Positions 9,891 to 20,270 of a stretch of 64,000 bases of DNA are shown here, piece by piece. Origin of the DNA: Patescibacteria group bacterium. GTDB lineage: Bacteria; Patescibacteriota; Patescibacteriia; JAXHNJ01. The translations under genes were made by a program, and so were the position numbers. The stretch is from positions 322,579-386,578 of the forward strand of contig JAXHNJ010000001.1 in NCBI GenBank assembly GCA_034520665.1. The letters are read 5' to 3'. The notes beneath the pieces were generated by a model that made no database searches, was not told the origin of the DNA, and saw only the letters and a program-made list of their open reading frames with translations. Positions within the stretch are counted from its first letter, which is position 1; each line of letters begins with the position of its first letter.

Positions 9891-11282
9891 ATGAAAAAAT
9901 CTGAGCTAATATTCTCAGCTATTTTAATACCAGTAGATTATTTAATGTTGCTTACCGCTGGTTTATTAGCCTATTATTTGCGTTTTGAAACCGCTCTGAC
10001 AGATATCAGGCCGGTTTTTTATGAAATGAGTTTTACGGGATATTTGTTTATAATTTTAGTGGTTAGTCTTGTGTTTTTGATTGTTTTTACCCTGTCTGGT
10101 TTATATAATATTAAAGGTACTCGTCGGTCAGTCGATGAGTATGCTAAGGTTTTTGTCGCTTGTTCAGCGGCTTTTATGCTTTTACTATTAGTCACCTTTT
10201 TTCAGCGTGAGCTATTTTCTTCTCGCTTTATTATTTTAACCGGTTATATTTTTAGTATAATTTTTGTTTCTATAGGCCGTTTCTTTGTCCGCTTAATTCA
10301 GAGATCATTATTTAAAAAAGGCATTGGTGTTCATAAAGTTTTGGTGGTGGGTCAAGATAAAGAAGCAGATAATATTGTTAAAGAGATAAATTTATACCCT
10401 AATCTTGGTTATCGGATAGTGGCTTGTCTTGATAATTTTTCCGAGGAAAATTTGGCAAAAGCAGAGAATATAATAAAAGAAAATAATATTGATGAATTAA
10501 TTCAGGCTGAAAGTAATCTAGCAAAGGAGCAGGTTTTAAATGAAATTGAGTTTTGTAATAACCATCATATTATCTTTAAATACGCCGCTGGTCTGGCCGA
10601 GGCCCAGCGTGTACACTTGGATGTTAATGCTATTGGGGGAGTACCTATTATTGAAGTCAAAAAAACTCCTTTAGACGGCTGGGGCAAAATTATAAAAAGA
10701 TTTTTTGATATAGTTTTATCATTTTTGGCTCTAATAATTTTATTGCCCTTATTTTTGATAGTAGCTTTGGCGGTTAAAATAGATTCAAGGGGTCCGGTTT
10801 TTGCCAGACTAAAAAGAATTGGAGAAGGGGGGCGCAGATTTACCCTTTTTAAATTTCGTTCCATGATAAAAGGAGCTCATGCTATGAAAAAAGACTTAGT
10901 AGCCATGAATGAAAGAAAAGATGGCCCTTTATTTAAAATAAAAAATGACCCCCGAATAACTAGAGTTGGGCGCTTTATCAGGAAAACCAGTTTGGATGAA
11001 TTACCACAACTATTTAATGTATTAAGAGGTGAGATGAGTTTAGTTGGTCCCCGGCCCCATGAACCCGAAGAAGTGGCTAGTTATGAAAAACATCATCGAA
11101 AGCTTTTGGCTATAAAACCAGGTATAACCGGACTAGCTCAGGTTTCTGGCCGTTCGGATTTGCTTTTTGAAGAAGAGGTTAAACTTGATATCCATTATAT
11201 TGAAAATTGGTCTTTAAAACTGGATTTACAAATTATTTTAAAAACACCTTTTGTAGTCTTATCCACTAAATCGGCTAATTAA
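9891..11282 (+). CDS. Polyprenyl-phosphate glycosylphosphotransferase (WcaJ/WbaP-type sugar transferase)
   Basis: N-terminal TMs, then KRFFD, KFRSM, DPRIT, SLDELPQL, SLVGPRP, KPGITGLAQV. ATG at 9891, since the upstream TTG lies inside rnpB. Confidence 0.92.
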   Translation: MKKSELIFSAILIPVDYLMLLTAGLLAYYLRFETALTDIRPVFYEMSFTGYLFIILVVSLVFLIVFTLSGLYNIKGTRRSVDEYAKVFVACSAAFMLLLLVTFFQRELFSSRFIILTGYIFSIIFVSIGRFFVRLIQRSLFKKGIGVHKVLVVGQDKEADNIVKEINLYPNLGYRIVACLDNFSEENLAKAENIIKENNIDELIQAESNLAKEQVLNEIEFCNNHHIIFKYAAGLAEAQRVHLDVNAIGGVPIIEVKKTPLDGWGKIIKRFFDIVLSFLALIILLPLFLIVALAVKIDSRGPVFARLKRIGEGGRRFTLFKFRSMIKGAHAMKKDLVAMNERKDGPLFKIKNDPRITRVGRFIRKTSLDELPQLFNVLRGEMSLVGPRPHEPEEVASYEKHHRKLLAIKPGITGLAQVSGRSDLLFEEEVKLDIHYIENWSLKLDLQIILKTPFVVLSTKSAN

Positions 11283-11283
11283 T

Positions 11284-12384
11284 ATGAAAGTAGCTCTAAT
11301 ACATGAACATTTAGCTCAGGACGGAGGAGCCGAAAAGGTATTAAAAGTTTTCCAGGAGATTTATCCAAAAGCCCCTACTTATACTTTGGTTTACGATAAG
11401 AAAAAAGCAAATAAAGTTTTTAGAAATAAAGATATTCGCACTTCTTTTATTCAAAAATTTCCTTTGGGAATAAGAAAATATAAGTGGTTTTTAATGTTTA
11501 TGCCTTCAGCTGTAGAAAGCTATGATTTAACGGAATACGATCTTATTTTATCTTCTTCCTCGGCTTTTTCTAAGGGGGTAATTACTTTACCCAAAACAGC
11601 TCATATTTGTTACTGTCATTCTCCCACTCGGTATCTTTGGTCTGATACTCACAGTTATGTCCAGGAACTCTCTTATAATCGCCTGATTAAGAAGATTTTA
11701 CCTTTTTATCTGACAAAGTTACGTTTATGGGATTTTTCCGCAGCTCAAAGGGTTGATCAGTTTATTGCTAATTCAAAATGTGTAGAAAAAAGAATAAATA
11801 AATATTATCGTCGCTCTTCTAAAATTATTTATCCACCAGTGGAAACCAAAGAATTTTATATATCTGATAAAATAGGTAATTACTATTTAACCGGTGGCCG
11901 CCTGGTTGCCTATAAACGCTTTGATATTACAGTTCGAGCCTTTAGTCGGTTGGGTATTCCTTTAAAAGTATTTGGAGTCGGTCCAGAAATGGAGAAATTA
12001 AAGGAAATGGCTAAGGATAATGTTGAATTTTTGGGTAAAGTGAGTGAAGAAGAATTAAAAAAATTATACAGTCAAAGTATTGCTTTTATTCATCCTCAAG
12101 AAGAGGATTTTGGTATTACCCCTATTGAATCAATGGCTTCTGGTCGCCCGGTTATTGCTTACGCGGCTGGCGGAGCTCTAGAAACAGTAAAGGCAGGGGA
12201 GACCGGAGATTTTTTTGAAGATCAGGAATGGGAGGCTTTAGCTGATAAAGTTATTAGATTTAAACCAAATCAATTTAACCCACAATTAATTAAAGAACAC
12301 GCCCTTAATTTTGACACAGTCCGGTTTAAAGAAAATATTAAAAATTTTGTTAAAAACTATTATAATAAATATATTAATAATTAA
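11284..12384 (+). CDS. Glycosyltransferase family 4
   Basis: GGAEKV, EDFGITPIESMASG. Confidence 0.9.
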   Translation: MKVALIHEHLAQDGGAEKVLKVFQEIYPKAPTYTLVYDKKKANKVFRNKDIRTSFIQKFPLGIRKYKWFLMFMPSAVESYDLTEYDLILSSSSAFSKGVITLPKTAHICYCHSPTRYLWSDTHSYVQELSYNRLIKKILPFYLTKLRLWDFSAAQRVDQFIANSKCVEKRINKYYRRSSKIIYPPVETKEFYISDKIGNYYLTGGRLVAYKRFDITVRAFSRLGIPLKVFGVGPEMEKLKEMAKDNVEFLGKVSEEELKKLYSQSIAFIHPQEEDFGITPIESMASGRPVIAYAAGGALETVKAGETGDFFEDQEWEALADKVIRFKPNQFNPQLIKEHALNFDTVRFKENIKNFVKNYYNKYINN

Positions 12385-12394
12385 AAAATAAAAA

Positions 12395-13024
12395 ATGGAA
12401 TTAAAAGAATATTTAAAAATTGTTAAAAAACATTTAATTTTAGTTATTGCCTTGATACTGCTTATTGGAGGCGCTGCTTTTCTATTTAGCTATTTTCAAC
12501 CTAATACCTATGAAGCCTCGGTTTCCTTTGCTGTTAACCGGATAAATACCAAAGAAACACAAGATTATCAGTTTGACGGTTATTATGCCATTCAGGCTTC
12601 AGACTTAGTTTCACAAACAGTGGTCAGCTGGTTTTCCACTCCTTCGGTAGTTCTGGAGATTTATGAAAAGGCAAATATTAGCCCCCAGTATAATTCTTTA
12701 GAGGAATTTGCTACTTTTTTTAATACCAAAAAGTACTCAGCTCAAAATATTAATGTGAAGTTTAAAGAAAAAACCCAAGAAAAGGCTGAAAATATAGCGG
12801 CGGCTACTATTGAAGTAATTAATGCCAAAGTTAAAGCCTTGAATAAAAGTTCTGATTCTGATTCATTATTTGAAGCCCAAGCCTCTTCGCCAGTGGTGGT
12901 GGAAACTACCCCTAATCTTTGGCTAAATACAATCATTGGCTTAGTGGTAGGATTAATTTTGGGCTTATTTTTAGTTTATCTTGTAGATTATTTTAAGAGT
13001 GAAGAAAAAAAGGAAATTTATTAA
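12395..13024 (+). CDS. Wzz/CapA-like polysaccharide chain-length determinant
   Basis: MELKEYLKI start, N- and C-terminal TMs, EPS gene context. Confidence 0.7.
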   Translation: MELKEYLKIVKKHLILVIALILLIGGAAFLFSYFQPNTYEASVSFAVNRINTKETQDYQFDGYYAIQASDLVSQTVVSWFSTPSVVLEIYEKANISPQYNSLEEFATFFNTKKYSAQNINVKFKEKTQEKAENIAAATIEVINAKVKALNKSSDSDSLFEAQASSPVVVETTPNLWLNTIIGLVVGLILGLFLVYLVDYFKSEEKKEIY

Positions 13025-13027
13025 AAT

Positions 13028-14155
13028 ATGAGAATTGGCATTGATGCTCGTTTTTACGGGCCAAAAGCTAAGGGTTTAGGACGATACGCAGAGAAATTAT
13101 TACAGTATTTAGATAAAATTGATCAGAAAAATGATTATATAGTTTTTTTAAGAAAAGAAAATTTTAAGAAATTTCAACCTTCTTCAGATAATTTTAAAAA
13201 GGTGATAGCTGATTTTAGATGGTATTCGCTAGCTGAACAGATCAGGATGCCGCTTTTAACCAGAAAATATAATCTCGATTTAATGCATTTTCCTCACTTT
13301 AATGTTCCTTTGTTTTATCAAGGTAAATTTATAGTCACTATTCATGATTTGATTTTAACGCGCTTTCCTACAGAAAGAGCTTCTACCCTGGGTCCTTTTC
13401 TGTATAAGATGAAACACTTGCTTTATAAGCTGGTTATCAGACAGGCTATAAAAAAGGCGCAGAAAATAATTACAGTTTCTAATTTTTCTAAAAAAGATAT
13501 TGAAGATAATTTTCCATTGGCTAAAGGTAAGGTATCAGTAACCTATGAAGCCACTAGTGATTTTAAAAAAACAATAGCTAATATAGATAGTGAGGCTTTT
13601 TTTCAAAAATATAAATTTAAACCGCCTTATATTCTTTATGTGGGTAATGCTTACCCCCATAAAAATTTGGAAAAATTTATAAAAGTTTTTAAATTATTAG
13701 AAAAAAAAGGAATAGCCCCTTATTTTGTTTTGGTCGGTAAAATGGATTATTTTTTTCAGCGTTTGAAAAAATACGTCAAAGAGTTAAAATTAAGTAAGAG
13801 AGTAAAATTTTTAGGGTATGTTAGTGATGAAGAGCTTAAATTCCTTTATCAAAAGGCGAAACTTTATGTTTTTCCCTCATTAATTGAAGGCTTTGGCCTG
13901 CCTCCTTTGGAAGCTATGAGCCAAGGTTTGCCAGTTTTATCCAGTAATCAATCTTGTCTGCCTGAGGTTTTGGGCCATGCGGCTGAGTACTTTAACCCTA
14001 AAGATCTCGATAATATGGCTGAAAAACTGGAATATTTATTGAAAAACAAAGAAACTAGAGAAATGATGCGAGAAAAAGGCTATCAACAAGTCAAAAAATA
14101 CAAATGGATTAATTTAGCTCAAAAAACATTATCAATATATGAATTAAATAATTAG
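13028..14155 (+). CDS. Glycosyltransferase family 4
   Basis: IGIDAR, TIHDL, EGFGLPPLEAM. Confidence 0.9.
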   Translation: MRIGIDARFYGPKAKGLGRYAEKLLQYLDKIDQKNDYIVFLRKENFKKFQPSSDNFKKVIADFRWYSLAEQIRMPLLTRKYNLDLMHFPHFNVPLFYQGKFIVTIHDLILTRFPTERASTLGPFLYKMKHLLYKLVIRQAIKKAQKIITVSNFSKKDIEDNFPLAKGKVSVTYEATSDFKKTIANIDSEAFFQKYKFKPPYILYVGNAYPHKNLEKFIKVFKLLEKKGIAPYFVLVGKMDYFFQRLKKYVKELKLSKRVKFLGYVSDEELKFLYQKAKLYVFPSLIEGFGLPPLEAMSQGLPVLSSNQSCLPEVLGHAAEYFNPKDLDNMAEKLEYLLKNKETREMMREKGYQQVKKYKWINLAQKTLSIYELNN

Positions 14156-14159
14156 ATAA

Positions 14160-16340
14160 ATGGCAAAAAATAAATCAAAAAGTACAAAAAATAATCTAAA
14201 TATTCCGTCGGATAATATTATTGATCTGAGAAAAGTTTTAGTCGAGGAGGAAAAAAAACAAAAGCAGGAAAAAAAGAAATTTTTTGATTATTTTTATTTT
14301 ACTAAAAAAGCAAAATCTAAAAGTAAGCCTAAAAAAATTAAGTCTAAAAAAGGAAGACCAATTAAACAATATAAGTTTGAAATTAAATGGTCCAAAATTG
14401 GAGCTTTCTCTATAATCTGCCTTTTTTTGATCGTCCCTTTATTTTTATTGGCTGGTTATCAAAATATTGATAAAGTAAAAGGCCGTGTTTTAGGAGTTTC
14501 TGTGGTAGCCATGGAAAATTTAAAAAGCGCTGGCACGGCCGCGGCTGACTTTGATTTAGAAAAAGCTCAGACAGGATTTGTTAAAGCTGGAGAAAAGTTT
14601 GAAGAAGCGGAAAAAGAACTGGGCCAAATTAACGGATTTTTACTTTCTCTTTTAAAATTAGTGCCAATTAAAGGCAAAACTATTACTTCGGGTCAGCATC
14701 TTTTAAAAGCCGGGAAAGATATGGCTGAAATCGGCCAGCTGATTAGTGAAAAAATTAAGCCCTTAACTAGTCAGACTTCTTTAAACAAAAATAAGCTTAA
14801 TCTGGCTGAAAGCCTGATAAATCTAAATAGTAATATTAAACGTATAAATTTACTTTTTAATGATTTAAAAGGCCATTTAAATAAAGTTGATGCTGATAGT
14901 TTGCCGCCTGAATACAGAGAAGAGGTAAAAAGAGTGCAGAATATATTACCGGAGTTTGATGGCTATATAAGTAAAATGAATAAAGTTTTTAATATAGCCA
15001 GCGGTTTTTTAGCGCCCGAGGGCCAAAAAGAGTACTTGTTTCTTTTTCAAAATAATTCGGAAATTAGACCAACCGGCGGTTTTATTGGTTCTTTAGCTCT
15101 GGTAAATGTTAACCGAGGTCAGATTAAAATACTAGAAGTGCCCCCCCGGGGTCCTTATGAAATTAATGATGATTTTCAGGAAAAAATTATTCCCCCCAAG
15201 CCTTTGTGGCTGATCAATAACCAATGGCAGATACAAGACGCCAACTGGTTTGCTGACTTTCCCACCAGTGCCGAAAAGATTAACTGGTTTTATGAAAAGG
15301 CCAGAGGATTTTCAGTTGATGGTATAGTAACCTTGACTCCGGACGTAGTGGTTAACTTACTAGAGATAACCGGCCCTATCACTTTAGATAAGTATGAAAC
15401 GGTTATCACTAGCGATAATTTTATAGAGCAGACCCAAAAACAGGTTGAGCTTGAATATGATAAAGAAGTTAACCAGCCCAAGCAAATTATTGCTGATTTG
15501 ATACCCTTACTTTTGGAAAAGATTTTTAATACCCAAAATAATAAAATAATTGATGTCATTAACACTCTACAAAAGTCCTTAAAAGAAAAAGATATTTTGA
15601 TATATTTTGAGGATGAAGACTTACAAAATAAAGTTGAAAAATTAAACTGGGGCGGCCAAGTTCAAAAAGCAGAGAGAGATTATTTAATGGTGGTCAATAC
15701 TAATATCGGCGGTGGTAAAACAGACCGAGTGATAAAGCAAGAAATTTACCATCAGGCGGAGATTAAAGCTGACGGCCGTGTTATTGATACTTTAACCATT
15801 CAAAGACGGCATAATGGCAATCCGGAAAATTATTTTACCAAAATAAAAAATATGGATTATTTAAGGGTTTATGTGCCACCAGGCAGTCAGCTGATTGAAG
15901 TTAGTGGTTTTGATCAAATTGATAAAAATTTACTAATTTATCCGGAAAAAGAAGCAATTGAAGATTCATTTTTACTTTCCCAGGAAAAAGATCCTATAAT
16001 TCATGAGCGAAGTAATACTCGGATAACCCAGGAATTTAATAAAACAGTTTTTGCTAATTGGATCGGTTTAGAAGTAGGGGAGAGCCAGACAGTCACTATA
16101 AAATATAAGCTACCTTTTAAAATAAAGGATAAAAAAGACCTTTATTCTTTATACATACAAAAACAGCCCGGCGCTAAAAACAGCTTCATAAATACCAGCT
16201 TAACTCTGGACCAAAATTATCAGGTTATTGATCAAACTGATCAGAATACTAACAAGGCCGAAAACATAATTGAGTATTCTGATAATCTGGATACAGACAA
16301 AGCCTATGGCGTTATTTTGGAAAAAAATGGCCAAAATTAG
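14160..16340 (+). CDS. DUF4012 domain membrane-anchored protein
   Basis: Single TM, FQNNSEIRPTGGFIGS, DANWFADFP, YLRVYVP, QKQPG. Confidence 0.8.
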   Translation: MAKNKSKSTKNNLNIPSDNIIDLRKVLVEEEKKQKQEKKKFFDYFYFTKKAKSKSKPKKIKSKKGRPIKQYKFEIKWSKIGAFSIICLFLIVPLFLLAGYQNIDKVKGRVLGVSVVAMENLKSAGTAAADFDLEKAQTGFVKAGEKFEEAEKELGQINGFLLSLLKLVPIKGKTITSGQHLLKAGKDMAEIGQLISEKIKPLTSQTSLNKNKLNLAESLINLNSNIKRINLLFNDLKGHLNKVDADSLPPEYREEVKRVQNILPEFDGYISKMNKVFNIASGFLAPEGQKEYLFLFQNNSEIRPTGGFIGSLALVNVNRGQIKILEVPPRGPYEINDDFQEKIIPPKPLWLINNQWQIQDANWFADFPTSAEKINWFYEKARGFSVDGIVTLTPDVVVNLLEITGPITLDKYETVITSDNFIEQTQKQVELEYDKEVNQPKQIIADLIPLLLEKIFNTQNNKIIDVINTLQKSLKEKDILIYFEDEDLQNKVEKLNWGGQVQKAERDYLMVVNTNIGGGKTDRVIKQEIYHQAEIKADGRVIDTLTIQRRHNGNPENYFTKIKNMDYLRVYVPPGSQLIEVSGFDQIDKNLLIYPEKEAIEDSFLLSQEKDPIIHERSNTRITQEFNKTVFANWIGLEVGESQTVTIKYKLPFKIKDKKDLYSLYIQKQPGAKNSFINTSLTLDQNYQVIDQTDQNTNKAENIIEYSDNLDTDKAYGVILEKNGQN

Positions 16341-16390
16341 CCTATAATAATTTATATTTTACCTAATATTAGCCCAAATTCTTACAAGGC

Positions 16391-16433
16391 TGTGGATAAA
16401 GCCCTTGACATAATTTAAAGCTTGATATATGAT
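16391..16433 (+). promoter_or_regulatory. DnaA box plus sigma70 promoter
   Basis: TGTGGATAA (16391-16399), then TTGACA (16405)-17 bp-TATGAT (16428). Confidence 0.75.
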
Positions 16434-16439
16434 GACTTG

Positions 16440-17395
16440 TTACAGTAGAAAAATAGTGATTAAAGGAAAATCACTCTTTGACAACTAAATAAGTGGAGAG
16501 AGTCAAGAAAGAAATTTCTTGTCAACCAATATAATTTTTATAGTTGAATTAATTCAATTAAAATAAAACCTTTTATTATAAAAAGAGCTCTCTCTAGAAT
16601 AAGATGAGAGTTCTTTTTGTTAAAGACTTTTATTTTCAGAAACAAATATTGGGGGGTAGTAAGGATTATCTTACAAAGAATAAAAGCTTTGAGGATGATC
16701 TGAGGCCACCTGAGAAAATTAGGTCCGGCCTAAACTGGACTTAGATTTTCGGAAGCTGGCCAAGGTTAATTTCTTTTAAAGAATATTAGCTGTCCGCTAC
16801 TGCCCAGTATTTGTTCCTGAAATTTTAGGAAAATAGGAGGGGCGGAGACTTCATGTTTCTTAGCCCCTCCACCAGTAATTTTCTACTTAAATATTTAAAG
16901 TCTGGCCAAAGGAGGGAAGAAAGATTATGGGGTAACATAATGATGTTTATATCCGGAGTTATCTGGGTTATCCATCAGGTTACCTTTTAAGGCCTTCTAC
17001 TTGCAGTAGAAGTGACCAATTAATAATCTAACCTCCTTCTGCTAGACTTTAAGAGGAGAATTCTCTAGTCGCTACCAAAATTTGTACCTTATATTATTTT
17101 TATAGCACATTATCATCATATCAGGGGAAGGCTTAATTTTCTGTTGAATATCTAAATTATATCTACATATTCATAAGATCCAGCCTTCCCCTTCTTTTTT
17201 AAGCCAGTGATTTAAAATAAATGATTGTCTTAAAAAAGTTCATTTTTCCCACATATTTTCCTACCGAGGCCAGTCACCCGCTGGCCTATCCCCACATCAA
17301 AAGGAGAGAAGAAATAAACACTTTTTCTCTCCTTCCTTCCTGAGAAGGTTAATTAAAGCTTAATTTTTTCAGGAAGGAAAGTTAGTTCTTTGAAA
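16440..17395 (+). ncRNA. Candidate long structured leader / ncRNA of unknown family
   Basis: No ORF of 60 aa or more. Hairpin + boxA-like CTCTTTGACAAC at 16474. Nested long-range helices such as 16635-16653/16803-16821 and 16895-16906/17041-17052. Confidence 0.55.
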
Positions 17396-17417
17396 CGTCT
17401 AAAAGAAAGGGGAAGTA

Positions 17418-17609
17418 ATGCTGCATAAGTTGAATATAATGTTTATTACGGCAATTGAAATAAATATTATTCTTGCTATTTACTTAATCTTTAAGGCTTA
17501 TAGTGGTCTGTCTGGAATAATATTTATGGCTGTTGCAATACCGTGTGATATGTTTCTTTCATATCACACGATTAGTAATTTAAAAAGACCTTTTGGCTTT
17601 TCCCTTTAA
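17418..17609 (+). CDS. Small hydrophobic hypothetical protein
   Basis: AAAGGGGA SD, two hydrophobic stretches, bounded by junction units. Confidence 0.45.
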   Translation: MLHKLNIMFITAIEINIILAIYLIFKAYSGLSGIIFMAVAIPCDMFLSYHTISNLKRPFGFSL

Positions 17610-17965
17610 ACTCAGGATAGTTAAAGGGTCTGATGAGTTTTTGAGACTTCTCTTTATAAAAAGTCTCAATTTTCCCAAAAGCATTATAATTTAGTGCTTT
17701 TAGGAAAGTTAGTTCTTTGATAAAAATAATATATTTACCAGTCCTGGTTCCGGCGCTTAGTTTCAAATTTAAAAAAGTATTTTGAGATTGAGCGCCGGAA
17801 CAAGGCACGTCCGAGAGGGCAGCCGTGGGAGTAAAATCTCCTTCACGGATTATTTAGCAAGGAATTTTTTTCCTTGCAAGTTCAAAAATTTGCGTTCTAG
17901 CCGCAAAAAGAATTTTATAATCCGTTATACGAATTGCTAGGATTCGTATGAGAGAAGGAGGAAAC

Positions 17966-18619
17966 ATGGCTAAGAAAGTAATAGAATGGCCAGATAGATT
18001 TGAATCCCAGGTAATGAAAAAAAAGGTGGCAAAATATATAACTTGCCACCCCTGGGAAATAGAAGAGTACATATTCAAATATGTACTTAGAAGATTTAAA
18101 CATCCAGATTATGACCCCGTAAAGTTGGTGGTCGACGTCTTTAAAACCCTCTGCAACAGGGGGTTGTTAATAAAAGAAGATGTCTGGTCAAGTGGGGCGG
18201 GGTACCCCGTCTTGACAGACACCAACCTGAGAGAGATAAAAAAATATCTCTCTCCCAAGGTGAAAATAATCATTCGCCATGAGCTTCATAGTGGCGACTA
18301 TGGAGAAGAGTTTGTGTCCTGGACTAAACTCTTCCCGCTTGAAAAATCTAAACTGCTGGGACAGCAGTTTAGAAAAAGTGCCCCGCGATTCACTCGCAGT
18401 GGGCTTGCCAAGGCGAGTGACGTGGGAGAGGAACACTTAATTTCCCTTTACAGGATGAAGACGGGGATAATGGGTGACAAGGCCGTCAGATTCCTGTACA
18501 CCACCGACGACCCCCACACAATCTGGTTCGATGATAAAGATAAGGATGATCATGTCCGAATCAAGGTGATAGGGGCCGAGGAGGCGAGCAAGTTTTTAAG
18601 GGACAGGATAAAACCTTAA
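17966..18619 (+). CDS. Hypothetical protein
   Basis: Long ORF with AAGGAGG SD before ATG 17966. More GC-rich than core genes. Confidence 0.75.
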   Translation: MAKKVIEWPDRFESQVMKKKVAKYITCHPWEIEEYIFKYVLRRFKHPDYDPVKLVVDVFKTLCNRGLLIKEDVWSSGAGYPVLTDTNLREIKKYLSPKVKIIIRHELHSGDYGEEFVSWTKLFPLEKSKLLGQQFRKSAPRFTRSGLAKASDVGEEHLISLYRMKTGIMGDKAVRFLYTTDDPHTIWFDDKDKDDHVRIKVIGAEEASKFLRDRIKP

Positions 18620-18811
18620 ATCTTGCCGCTGGCAAAGGATGCAGAACCTTTGCCCTTGTACATTAATTTTTAGAGGGACGATTTCACTTTTCAAAAGAAT
18701 AGATCGTCCCTCATTTTCCCAAAAGCATTATAATTTAGTGCTTTTAGGAGAGAAAATAAAAATCCCATAACAGATATGTTATAGGATTAATACAAAAAGT
18801 ATTTTGAAAAT

Positions 18812-19114
18812 TTAATATTCTAATTTAACCTTAGTTTTTCGGGCAATTTGATGGATTAATTCTTCTAGTCGGGCCATTTCCTTGTAGAGAGCGCGGTCTA
18901 ACTTAGCTTCAATACGAGAAGTCTTTGTTTCAAGATTTTCTGTTTTTCCTTCTAGTTTACCCATTTTACTTTCAAATTTATCCATTCTTTCTACAAGAGA
19001 CTTAATATTCTGTTTAGTGGCAGTTTCTGATTTTTTTGCGGTTTCAGAAAAGCCTTGAGAAACCATGCGTGCCAGCTCATTTAAAGTAATTTGTTTTTTT
19101 CTTACTTTTTTCAT
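18812..19114 (-). CDS. Small coiled-coil hypothetical protein
   Basis: Heptad pattern (MDKFESKMGKLEGKTENLETKTSRIEAKL). Own TTGACT..TACAAT promoter and a hairpin at ~18762-18788. Confidence 0.65.
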   Translation of the reverse strand: MKKVRKKQITLNELARMVSQGFSETAKKSETATKQNIKSLVERMDKFESKMGKLEGKTENLETKTSRIEAKLDRALYKEMARLEELIHQIARKTKVKLEY

Positions 19115-19358
19115 AATAATTGATATTCCTTGTAAGCCATCAAAATTTGTCTCTTTATTGTACTCTATGTTTTTGACAAAAGTCAAGTTAAAACACTTTA
19201 AATATAGTGTAATAAGTTAGATTATATTATTGAGCGATTTGAGTCTTTACCCATTTTCCCAAAGGCATTAAGCAAATTTTAGTGCTTTTAGGAGAGTTAG
19301 TTCTTTAATAAGTTGGTTTTTAATCGGTCGTTCGGCCATTAAAAGAAAGGAGCGCATT

Positions 19359-19745
19359 ATGAAGCGCTTAGTTTTTTTCTTAGTTCTTGTATTATTTTCG
19401 ATTTCCATCCAGGCGGCTCCGCCGGTAGAAATAGTGCAGAATAACAATAAAATTCTGGAGGCTTCCGGAAAGTTGTCTTTTCGCGAATGGGTGCGTTTTG
19501 GGGAACTCCTAACTTTTTTCTATCTGGATTCTGATAAATATAGTGTTGATACAACCACTATATTTAAAATCTATGAGTATGGAAGAGAAGTTTATAACGG
19601 GCCATTTTCAGAAAAAGTTGAATCCATAGTTGAAGAAAGGAAAGGCCGGGGTATGCTACGCACTGTTGTGCTCGGGAGATTCAATTATGAAATTTTTTTT
19701 ATAGAAGAAATTTGGTTGGATTTATATCCAGCCATAGACCGCTAA
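19359..19745 (+). CDS. Secreted hypothetical protein
   Basis: AAGGAG SD, signal-peptide-like N-terminus. Confidence 0.7.
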   Translation: MKRLVFFLVLVLFSISIQAAPPVEIVQNNNKILEASGKLSFREWVRFGELLTFFYLDSDKYSVDTTTIFKIYEYGREVYNGPFSEKVESIVEERKGRGMLRTVVLGRFNYEIFFIEEIWLDLYPAIDR

Positions 19746-19904
19746 GACCAATTTTTTAGAAAGACGATTTCACTTTTCAAAAGCATAGATCGTCCCTCAT
19801 TTCCCCAAAAGCATTATAATTTAGTGCTTTTAGGAGAGTTAGTTCTTTGATAAATTGTTTATTTTGAAAGTTTGCCTAAAAAGCAAATAATGAAAGGAGA
19901 GGAA

Positions 19905-20270
19905 ATGACTAGTGCCTTAGTCATAGTGTCTGTAGTTGCCTTTTTAGGTGCCACCAAGTTTGTCAGGTGGTACTTGAATGGTTGTATTTCGGGTGAACAG
20001 GAACCAGTCTTTGTTTTCGGGCATGTTATGGGAGGACTGGTTTTTATAGCTCTGGTTCTCCAAACGGCAATAGCCTGGGGCTTATGGAGACTGCTGATGA
20101 ATAAGAAATTCGGTATATTCTGGCAGGTCATGCCAGAGCAGCCGGTGATAGCTATTCTTTTCTTTCTTGTCCCCTTGGTTGTCTGGATATTACTTTATTT
20201 ACGGGCGGCTGATAAGAATGAAAATTTAAGGATTGCTGAAGGCAATCCCGTGTTATATAGGAGAAAGTAA
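19905..20270 (+). CDS. Membrane hypothetical protein (about 3 TM)
   Basis: AAAGGAGAGG SD before ATG 19905, hydrophobic helices. Confidence 0.7.
   Translation: MTSALVIVSVVAFLGATKFVRWYLNGCISGEQEPVFVFGHVMGGLVFIALVLQTAIAWGLWRLLMNKKFGIFWQVMPEQPVIAILFFLVPLVVWILLYLRAADKNENLRIAEGNPVLYRRK

Noticed and set aside
16440-17395. rRNA gene, tmRNA or self-splicing intron
   Set aside because: No recognisable 16S/23S/5S conserved blocks, tRNA-like ends or group I/II core motifs by eye, despite the rrn-like promoter and boxA.
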